From an uncultured Prevotella sp. (lineage in GTDB: Bacteria; Bacillota; Clostridia; Christensenellales; UBA1242), in NCBI GenBank assembly GCA_964638195.1, contig CAZXAV010000001.1, forward strand, positions 1 to 53,721: 53,721 nucleotides of DNA, given 5' to 3'. Under the pieces are notes generated by a model. The model did no database searches, had not been told where the DNA came from, and worked only from the letters and a program-made list of their open reading frames with translations. Every line of letters starts with the position of its first letter. Position 1 is the stretch's first letter. Shown here piece by piece: positions 10,801 through 22,800 of the stretch. Position numbers and translations under genes: made by a program.

Positions 10801-13800
10801 CAAAATTGCTGTTCGTTACTGGGTTGACCAATTCGGTCAAGTTTTGCATGTCAAATTGCCATTGCGACAAAACCGCACAGTTAGTAACAATACCATTGTT
10901 AACCCCCGCCAACATACCGATGTTGACAGTACCTTGTTCGTAATTATCCAAATTGACTTCTAAGGTCGTAATCGGTGCAGTCGGCGTGCCATGTTCCAAA
11001 ACAATTTGTAAGTTTTTAACCACTGAACCAGTCGGAATTTCGGTAAACAAACCAATGTTGGTTGGCATAGCGCTTAAATCAAAGCCGTTACTGTTGAAGA
11101 AGATTTTGTAGTTGTTACCATCCAAAGTGGCGTTGGTCGGGAAATCAACTGGTTTCCAATAACCATTGTTCAATTCGGTAATTTTGTACAGATAAATGTC
11201 ACTCATTAAGACATAATCAACACCAGAACTTAATGCCATCAAACGCGCTGCATTTTCTTGAGTAATGAAAACCGTGGATCGGTCACCCGCACTGTCCGCA
11301 ACCGATTTTTGCGTTGTATTGATGGAAATTTGACTGGTAACACGTCGTGCATCTTTTTCGTTTTCGTATCCCGTAACCGCTTGTGCGCCTTCCACATATT
11401 CCTTGCTGAAATCGGTGACTCCGTATGCAATATTGGCAGAAACTTGCATAATGGTCGTAGATGCTTCGGCAGTATCACGTAACAAGTAAGACGTATTATT
11501 ACTGTTATCGCGGTAAAGCGTGTAATTGACTTGATAACCTTCTTGTGGTGTATCATTGATAACCATGTAGGTGTAACCATCACTGATTTTCGGGTCATAC
11601 GTGTTGATTTCAGTTTCCAAACGTTTAATGGCGCTGTTAATGTAATACAATTCATCGACACCATAATAACTTTGATTCAAAGGACCGCTGATAATTTCGG
11701 GTGAGAAATATAATTCTATCGCACTATCATCCAAAGTGATTGAATCCACTAATTCATCACCGACTTTCAATTTCCAATTACGGATTTCAAACAAGACAGG
11801 TTTAATTCGTAACGAATAATAAGCCCAAACAATTTTACCTTCCACAAAGGTGGTATAAGGAATACGGACATCGATCCAGTCGTTCAAGTTACGCGCACTG
11901 GCACGTAAAGTGAATGCCAAGGTTAAATTTTGACGTCCGGGGTTAACCACTTCGTAAGCAAACGATTCGTAACCATGTGCATCACTCTTCAACCCACCGT
12001 TAAAGATTTCAATATTTTCATAATAGAAGACAACGTTCATGTTATTGACGTTTAATGGGTAATTACGTGACGTACCGATTGATTGTAAGTGTTGTGAATC
12101 ATTACCTAACTCAACATTCGCCCAACCGGGGAAATAACTGGTTTCGCCTTCTTGGGTTGTGACTTGAATTTGTACGTTAATAACTTCATCCGTCAACGGA
12201 TTAACACTGCCCAATTTAGGCATACCACCGCTGTAACCGATTTGAATTGCACCATTGATGTAATTCATGGCTGATTTGTCACCAATTTTTTGAATCCAAA
12301 CCATGTCGGCATAAGATTCCAAACGGACGTTGACACCACCCGTACTATTAACAACTTCAAATTTCAAGGTTTCGTTACGGATGGCATTATTCACCGATGA
12401 TTCAAAACTTTGCAACAACAGATTTACCATATTGCGTAAACTGATGTCATCTGAATAAGTGGCATCGACACGTAATTCCAACGCGACTTCACGGTCCGAC
12501 AATCCTAAATCATTGTCTTCTGTTCCCGCCAAATAGAAGCCGTTAACAATGTACATAACAGGTGAAATGTAATAGGTGTAAATGTAATTGGGGTTTGTGG
12601 CATGAGCGTCTTCGGTCGCATATGGGATTCTGATTTCCACAGTGTAATCACGCAACGCGATGACGGGTGCCAAGTTGACCGTTAAAATCGCAGACAATGA
12701 ACCATCTTCACCGTCAACATCACACGCAACGGTGACTAAGTTCGATTGTTCACCTCTTATGGCAATTGGTTTTTGTGTTACTTGATCCACCACTTCGATT
12801 CTGTCGTAGAAAATTTTGGCTGCGTTGGGAATTTCCGCTACGTAAACCGCTTCGGTACCCACCGCTTGCACGGCATAAGCAACACCCGTGCCCAATTCAA
12901 CTTTACCGACTTTATTATGCCATGCTTCTTCGTCATATCCCGTCGAAATCAAAATTTGGTTAGAAATCAAAGTTTTGCTGCTTTCGACTAATTTTGGCAC
13001 ACCGCCTTCGTAAACGATGTAGGATGAGAAGCCAACAATGGTATCGGTTTCGTCGTTTGCCTCAACATTACGTTGTAAATTGAAACCAGAAAGCGTGATG
13101 TAATTACTCATGACGGTGGTTTGAATGTAATCAACTGCCATGCCTTCAAGGTTTGCTTTCGCCACTTCGATTGAATGTTTCAAATTATCATCTTGGGTTT
13201 GGCAAGCATTGATGCGTGCCACATATTTAATGATTGTGACTGGCGAACTGTAAGTCGTTAACAACAAATAATCGTTGTAAACTGAATCACTAATCAAACC
13301 AGTATCCCCCACACCTTCAATGGTCCACCCCGTCAATTCAAACAGTAAAGGTGTAATTTCGATACAATGACTGTACCAAACATCTTTATTATTGACCGAA
13401 GTCAAATACGGGATATAAATGCGAATCGTATTCGACAAATATTTAGCATCGGCTGCTAATTGAATTTGCATGGTATTTTTAGCCGAATCAACCAAGATGC
13501 TGATTCCTTCGTAAACTTGCGTCGTACCTTCCGCAGATTTGTCAAACGGAGTCAACAAACTACCCGCATTTTCAACCCATAAATATTGATAGAATGCTTG
13601 TCCCTTGATATTTTTCAAGGTGTAAACTTTTGTACCGCCGATAATTTGGTTGGCTTTAGTTGAACCCATCACGGTCGGATGTTCGGGTTTTGGCATTTGC
13701 GTTGACGACCAAACACGATAGGGAATAATGCTTTCCACAACGTTGCGTTTATCGTTGGTGATTTCCACAACTTCTGGATAACCATCGGCTTTGTAATTGA

Positions 13801-16800
13801 CCGCTGCATCAAAGACGATGTATTGGTTGCTGTCCAAAGTAATGGAAACTGGTGCCCCGTTATTCAAATAGGCATTGAAGGCTTCAAGATCGGCTTGGGC
13901 ATTTGTTAAATCATTAGCCGACAATTTAGTTAAGTCACTGGTAATCGCACGGTATTGCAAATCTTCGGTCGAGTACGGTGAAATCACCCAAACTGGACGT
14001 TCGGGATGTTGCACCGTTTCAAAGCCCAAAATTTCGTAATAAACTGGGTAAATTTTCAAAGTGTAATTTGCATTGATGGCAATTTCAATCGGGCTGTTAA
14101 CAACTACGTCACTGGACAATTCGACCGTAACATAGTTTTTGTTTGCTTGATCCCAAGTAATGGTATAATTCGTGCCATTGTTAATGGAAGTTACACCATC
14201 CAAGACACTGCTATCCAGATAATAGGTTTTCGCCGTGCCGATTGCTTGGTGTTCAACTCGCAGTTCGTTTTCTGCTACGCCATCGTTGGCATCTTCTTTG
14301 ACCACGATTTTGTATGTTTTCCAAATGCGGTTAGCAGTTTCGTCCGTCAAAATTGCGGTTCCAGTAAATGCTTGATAAGCCACCGAAGTCGTAACTTGGA
14401 AATGATAAGTATGTGGATTTTCGCGGGTACGTGTTTTAGAGACATACGGTGAATACAAGAATTCTTTGGTGAAATCATCCATCAGTGTCTGCAAGGTCGC
14501 ACCAACAGTATTTTCGGTTTGTGCTAAGATTTCATTGGAATTCAAGATTTCGTCAGAATATTCAAACACCGGTACGAATTTTTTACCGCTGTCAATTTTC
14601 GTCAATTCGGTCATGAAGCCATCAATCGTATCCACGTAAATTTCGTCGTTCGGATAACCCGTCAACGCAAAATCGGTCACTTTGAACCATACTGGGTGAA
14701 TGGTTAAAATGAATGCAACATTATCCGCATCGTAACTGTCGGGTTTGTTCGTTACATTATTACGGTTGTAATAAACGAAAACTTTTAATTCGCGGTTGAC
14801 CAAATCGGCATTGGGGTCTAAGGCAACGTACAATTTGTTGCCACGTGCTTCTACTCTCCATCCATCTGAACCATTAGTGTAAGGTTTCAATTTGCTGTCA
14901 TCATCGGCATTCGCTGCATCATCATTTTCGTACAAGGCATACATGTCATTGGTGAATCCCGTCAACAAGTTCGGCATATCCAAAGTGTAAACTGCATCGT
15001 AACCGATGGTTAAATCTACCGTGCGGCTGCGTGGGATGCTGGGGTACGCAATGCCCGTTCCCACCACTTTATCGGAATAACAAGCATATTTGAAGACGTC
15101 ACGCACAATTTGAGTGGGTTTAGCTTGATCAATGTCAATGATGTTAGCAACACCGTTTTCATCGTATTCAATTGCAGCGCGTACCACTAAATATTCACCG
15201 CCGATGGTGTAAGTTTCCAAATATTTAGCCCATGCTGTACTGTCAGCCAATTGTTGGTTAAATGTGTTAAGACGGGTTTGAATGTCGGTTGCCAATAAAT
15301 TACTGGTTGTATAACGTGCACGAACACGGAACGACAAATCACTGATTTTTTCTGGTGACTTACCCGCAGCAATAATCCACATGTGACGTTCGGGGTGATT
15401 AACCACATCAAAACCTTCAACCAAGAACCACACTGGTTTAACCGTCATTGTAAAGGTTTTTGCACCTTGGGCAATCACGAAGTCAATACGATCTTCCACC
15501 AAGACACCTTGTGGTTTAAGGCACACTTGCAACGCATAACTGTTGCCATATTTGACCACTGCTGCCGTGACATATTCGTTAATGTCACTGAACGTTTGTT
15601 TAACTCCGTCAACATTGTAGACATTGATTTCTGGTATGGTATCAATTGCATCCGCAAAGCCCGCACCTAAATGGTAATATTCGGTTGTACCAACCGCTTG
15701 ATAATGCGTAGCAGACGTGCTGATTTCAGACGTGGTATATTTAATATAGCTTTCAATTACGTTCAAAGGATAATTTGCGACATTCAATAAAGTCGGAACG
15801 GTGCGGTTTGTTGAACCCGCTGTACCATAATCGACCGCAAAATCAACTTTCAAATATTGACCATCATTTTCAATTTCGACCAAACTGCCCTTTGCTGCGT
15901 TCAATGACGTGTTAAAGGCTTCGACGAAACTAATCACGTTCGTACCATTATAGTTTACCGTGTCGTTATATTTCACAATCGCACGGTATTCTACGTCAGA
16001 TTCTTTAATGCCAATCAAGTTCACTGGTTGTTCTGGATAAACGGTTTCAACACCGACCACTTCAAATAAAACTGGTTGGATTGTCAACACGAAAAGCAAA
16101 TTGTAACCGTTATAGAAATTCAAAACGATGTCATTAGCCAACAAGACTTCTGCGGCTTCGGGTAATAATTCGACCGTCACTACATTGTCTTCAAAAGTTA
16201 CTTTCCAACCGCGGGCTGCCAATTTCGCTTCGTCAAACGATAAATCTTCCACGTCCATGCTGACCGTTTTATCAAGGTCAATCGTATAACTACTGGTGGT
16301 ACCAATTGCTTGAACTTCGGTACGGGTACGCGGTCCCGTTGGCATGGGTGGATATTCACTTTCAGCCGCAGGTTTACCGTAAATGGTATATGTAAAATCG
16401 ACATCCAAGCGGATAACAAAAGTACTATCCGCCGCAGACGATTCCACCAAGGTGGGATTACCATTTTGATAATCTAAATAAACCGTGACGCGTAAATCAC
16501 CCGACATTAAATCGGTATCAAAATAACGACCAATCAGATGTGCTTTGGAATTTTGCAATTCATTTCTGAACGCGGCTAAACGGCTCGGGATGCTTAATGC
16601 GGCATTGACCGAATATTCACCGAACACGGCATCAAAGACCACACCTGCCGGCGAATCTGGGTCTTCACCGTAATACAAGTAAATATCGTGGTCGTCATTG
16701 TTCTGCCCCGCCAAAGTCAAACCTTCGACAGTAAAGTAAGCCGGAACAACATTCAAAATGTATGACGGTTCATCGTCGTTGTTATTTACAAAGATACCAA

Positions 16801-19800
16801 GCCGAATAACCTTGCCGATTAAATTAGAAGTTTCCGTTAAAGCAACTTTAATGCGACGTGCGTTCGTGCGATCTTCTTCAACCCACCATTCGGCATTTTC
16901 GCCACGGATAAAGGTTTTCCAATTTTCTTTACCTTCGGCATCATAGCCCGTGCTGACCTTGATGCTTTCAAATTTGCGGTTAACATTATAAATGACTTCT
17001 TGTCCCAAGGCTTGGGCTTTGGTATTTTCGGGCGTACCGTCAATCAAAATGTAACGGTATGTATTTTGGACGGTTGCAGCACTGTTCGCTAAGTTTGTCA
17101 AACTTGGCACACCACCATCATAGTTGATACCCGCCAACAAGGTAATGAACCCCGCATCATCAATGCGTGATACCAAACCAGAACCGTTCAAAGATTCGGC
17201 AAAGTCATTGATGGCTTCGTCAAAATCAAAGTCGGTGTATTGATTGCTACGGCTGTAAACGAAATCTAACTGCAATTTTGATAACCAATTCGGCACACCA
17301 GTTTGGATCATCACTGGTACTTCATCGACGTGGTCCGCCAACAAAAGTTGATCCACCGTGAAGTATGCCGGAATAATGTTCAAGGCATACATCAAAGCAC
17401 CTTCTTGGCTGTATGCCATAATGACCAAGACTTTATCAAACAAGTCCGTGGTTGGGTTTAAGGTGACCGAAACAACCCCAGATTTAACATTGAAGATTGC
17501 GTTCCAACCAGAATTTTGTTCCCAAACATAATTGCCGTCAGTGCGAATTTCGTATTTATCCAATACTGAATCAAACGCAACACCGGGGAGCGAAATGTTA
17601 TAACGTACCGTCGTGCCAATGGCTTGTGCAATTTTACGAGTACGTCCATTCGGTGCTGTTCCCAAATCAATGGAGGTGTCACCGACATCACCCGCATCAG
17701 AACCAAAAGTACGTACTGGTAAATAAGTTGAAATTTGGTTGCCCGTACGGTTTAAGGTCGGAATCCCATTGACATAAGTAATACCCGCCGTAATCAATAA
17801 ATAACTGGTTGCCGTAACGGGGTTCGCACTGTCGGCACGCGTAATTGCACGTGTGCTAGGGTCAAAATTAAAGTTCAAAATACCGTCATCATTCGAGATA
17901 CGATTGAATGCCAACGCAGCACTGTTCGACAAGTCATTTTGTGCGTTTAACAATTCCATGTTGAAAGTATTGATTGCAGTGGTGACATCACTATCATCGG
18001 CACAACTGATGCCCCCCGCTTCCACTGTCAACGTTGTCGGGGTCGTCAATGCTACGATTGGTTTCACGGGGTTGTTTTGTAATTTGAAATCGGTAAAGGT
18101 GAAATAAACTGGGATAATGGTTAATTCTAATTGCGGCGTGATGGTATCCGAAGTCGAATAAACTTTTACCACAATTTTGCCCGCATTGATTAAGGCTTTG
18201 TAAGCCGCATTATCGGAAACGGTTGAACTCTTATTTTGCAAATCAATGGTAATAGTAACATTGTTGCGGTCGCGTGTTTTAATGTCATAGTCCCAGAAAT
18301 CAGCAATTTTGGCATCGTTATCAACATTTTTATCCGCAATGTACAACTTGCTAGCATACATTGAATCCCAGTTGTAGAACGTGTAGGTTGCGGCTGTACC
18401 AACCGCCAAATATTCGGTACGTTTTACTAACGGTTTCGTTTCGGTCACATCATAATAGAAAGTGCGGGCATAACGGCAAGTACCATTTTTGGTCAGCACT
18501 GGTACCCCACCAATGTATGAATAAACAATTTGCACCGTAACTTGTCCTGCCGTTTCATAGTTGCATGACACCAAATTGGAAGTTTGCAAACTGTTGTTAA
18601 AGGTGGTCATTTTTTCGTTCAAGCTGCTGCTCGACAAACTGGTATCGTAGTCGAACAAACCACGGTATTTCAACTTGGTTAATTCGTCACGCGAAGCCAG
18701 TTGCAAACGGGTTTCGTAATGACCAATAACTTCCAAACTGTCAAATTCAAAATAAACGGGTACAATCACCACACTGAGATAGGGGTTGATATAATCACCC
18801 GCACGACGGTATGGAATACGAACTTCCAACGATGCCCCGATGGCGGCAATGTCGGCTTTCAAATAAACAGACAAAGTTTGTGCAACCGTATTGATTGTCA
18901 CTGTGGCATAAGTTGATTCAATTGTTGTTGAAGTTGTGGTGACACCATTGAAACTGAAATCTGCATAATTCGGCACACAACCACTGGGCAAAGTAACATC
19001 ATAAACAGCCGTTGTTCCCAAAGCTTGGTATTGGGTTTGAACCATTGTGCAAACCGCATAGTCTTCGGTTTGGTCATCGGGGTTAATGACAAAACTGTCG
19101 CGGTATTTCGCATCCAAAGTCATGTTTTCCACAATCGCTTTGGCATTATTTTCGCCTTGGATTGAAATGCTGATGCCGAAACGGGTGCCGTCTGCCAAAC
19201 GGTGCGTAACTTGGGTGTCGCATAAGATGTAAGTACGGAAGTAATATTTGCCGTTCCATTTGTAACCTTCTGCCGCCGACCAAGATGATACCATTTTCGG
19301 TGTATTACTGTTGCTGAGATACGGTTGATAGTATTTTTCGGTTTCGTTGTAAATCATTTGAGTGAAACCAATTGTGTACTTCACCGTGTCGTAAATCGGT
19401 TTACCAGTCAAGTCAGTACCAATCAAAACTTTTTCTTCATGTGCTTTTGAAGTCCACAAATTGATTGACGAAACGTTGATATAATACGGGGTCGGGTAAA
19501 TTACCAAAATACCGCCCACCGAATCTTCGTCGAGATAAATAATGCCCGTATCGGTTTGTCCCGTAGCCAAGGTTAAGGCACTTTTGTTGGTTTCAACCGC
19601 ACTGGTATCAGCAAAATGCGCCATGGTCACATTGTAAATACCTTGTTTGTAAAGGTTGAATGCTGCTGAATCACTGGCTGGGGTTTTAACGTTTAACAAC
19701 GGCGAACCAGTCAAATTTTCTTGCACGAACAAACGCGCACCAGAAATATCATAGAACGGGTCAACATCGGGGGCAACAATCACCACTGCTACTTCAATTT

Positions 19801-22800
19801 TCAAATAATAAGTGTAATAGAAATTTGACTTAACCCCACTGCTAGGATTCAAGCAAGTCAATTTGAATTCTAATTTGGCTTTACCGCCTTCCATGTTGAC
19901 ATAGGAAACCGTTTTGTCGTCTTCAAACAAGGTGTAATAAACGCCGTCGTACAAGAAGTTATACGTCAACAAACTTGGTGACCAACTGGATTGGTCGACA
20001 CGCATGGTCAAATCGTAAGTTGCCGTGGTAACACCATCCAAAGTCACCGCGTCTTGGGCAATGTTCAAATAATTGACCCCACCCTTTACATTGACTTTGA
20101 CCGTGGCGGTCAAGACATCCATCACAAAGGTATAGCCATCAAATTCAATGTACGGGAAGAACGAATATGTGCCACCATCATAGGTAACAAAGGAGGTACT
20201 TGATTCTTCGGCGGAGTCAAAACCATGGTTATCGAATTTCCAACCCGAATTGATATCCAAATTCGTGTTAAAGGTAAAGGGATTACCACGTTGCATAGTG
20301 ACGGTATCCAACGCGTTCGTATATTCGTTGGGTGCCAAATTCTTACGTGATACCAAACCACTACCGCTTTTGCTGTTAATTTTTACTTCAAAGGTATCCA
20401 AGCATTGAACCACATAGAAATACAAATAAGTGTTTTTTGCAAGTACCTCAAAATAAACTGTCGTTTGATTGTCACTGCAAGCAGCACCATTATCATCTTT
20501 ATCGAAAACATAATCCAAATCAATGTAGTTGCGACCATTGGAACTATTTTGTCTATACTCTTCCCCAATTTGTCGCTTGACACCATTTTCAACCACGTAT
20601 TTAGAAATCCAAACGGTGTCTTCAATCAAACGTGACCAACCAAGCACCGTGTATAAATCATCCAAATAATAACGGTTGGCTTCAATTTGAGAATTGTATT
20701 TATGTCCGTCTTTGGTGTAGAACAAGATTGCATGGGCATTGTCATTTTGACCAGCCACAACCCAGTTATAACCACCTAAATTATTGCGTTTTCCACTGTT
20801 CGCATCATGCGTGTTGTTGTAATTATTTAATTCATCAATGGTACTCTTGATGTCACTTTCACTGCCGATGTAAAGCGTCATGATTTCATAAACATCGGGG
20901 AAAACCAAGTTTTCGCCCGCCGCGTTCGTACCGACATAGCGCAAACTGTCGCGTGTGTAAATCACTAACGCATAAACGCCCATACTCTTTGCGTCTTCGG
21001 TTGGCGTAACATAAATTTTTCCAGATGCGGAATCCAAACGTGCGGTTGCGACTTCATCAATTGACAAAGTGGCATTTGCCGCGGTCGGCACAAAAGCCGA
21101 TAAATCAAATTTACCATTTTTCCATTTGGCAAACGTAATACCGAAATCTTTGTAATTCGCGTTATTGGTGGCTTGGAGATTGATTGCCGCGTTAGTAACT
21201 TTACCAGAACTGGAAATCAATTCCAAATAGTTACCCAAACTGTCACTGTTGACAAAACCATCAACCAAGTTAACCGCATTTGGTTTTGTGTTGTTAATTG
21301 TGACGTTAACGGTCACCACAGCACCCGCGATGTAATAGAACTCAAATGGTTCGTCGGGTGTCAATTGACCTTCGCCGTTCAAATCAAAACCCGGGAATTC
21401 ATAACGTTTGTAAATTTTGAAACCAACCGTGAAAGTTTCGTCAGTCAAGTATTGAGCAGTAACAGTAAATTGGTTTTTCGCATCTCCCCTTTCAACTGTG
21501 ACGTTTTCGTTGAGTGGTTGTGCAACATCAATGTATAAATAAGTGTCATCGGTAATCGGTTTGTCGTCCAAAGAGGTCATGTTCAAGATAATTTCACGGG
21601 AATCGTTAATTCCATCTAAATCAACACTCATCGGCTGCGGAGTTACGTTACCCACGGGATCAACCACAATCACGTAAACCGTAACTGTGGTTTCATTACC
21701 TTCATAAACCGCATCACTGTAAGCATGTAAACTTACTTTACACTCGTACAAACCTTCTGCCAAATTACGAGCATCAATCATGTTGGTTTGGGTGTTGCTA
21801 ATCAGATTGCCTTTCGCATCACTGATTTGGTCGAACACTGCATACGCACCAACACTGGCACCGGGGGTGTTAATCGCAAATTCATAAGTAAAACCTTTAC
21901 GCACGTAAACGGTACGGACGTAATCGTAATGCGTATGATAATTATCGGTTAAGGTTTGATAAATTTTACCACGGCTGCTGCTGACAACGGACATAGACAA
22001 AGATTCCACGGTTGGGTAAACACGGATGTAGAACGTGTAAGATTTACCGTTGGTATATTCCACGGTCATGGGATAATCTTTATAATATTCAATTATGTCA
22101 ATGTTGTTAGCGCTAATGGTATAACGCATGTGGTAATAGCCCGCTACCCCGTTGTTTTCAAATTCGACATCAGGAACACATTGAATATTAAACGGCAGTT
22201 TTTCGCTGTTGTCCGAAACTTTAGCAGTGTTCCATTTTTGGCTATATTCATAACCAACACCATCGGCATTAGTTAAAGCATACATACCATAAACATCAAC
22301 GCTCTTTGAATTAAAGGTTTGATGCAACGTGTCATAAACCAAAGCCACACCCCAAGCACCATCATCAAATTGTACTAAGTTAGTGACTTCAAATTTATCA
22401 ATGGCACTGGTGACATCCAATTTAATATCACAAGAAGCCTTATCACCGTTAGTCAATGTGTATAAACCTTTGACACGCAAAATCATTGACGTGATATTAG
22501 CCCCCAAGAAGGGATGCGCAATTCCAGTTTGGGCGAATGCCACCGAGAAGCGGTTCAAATAATTGGCATAATATTTGCCTTCCGTTCCTTCCAACATCAC
22601 CCAATCATCAATGGCGTCTGACCAGTAACCGATTTGCAAAATGCTGTACAAGCTGAATTGGGTATTGCCGTTAGAGGTTTTAATTACGGGGTTCTTGGTT
22701 TTATCCCAACCGTAAGTTCCCGTATAAGTGCCGTACTTATCTTCAACAATCAATTCAAATTCAACATCGGCATCCGCGTTAACCGTCTTGCCATTTCCCG

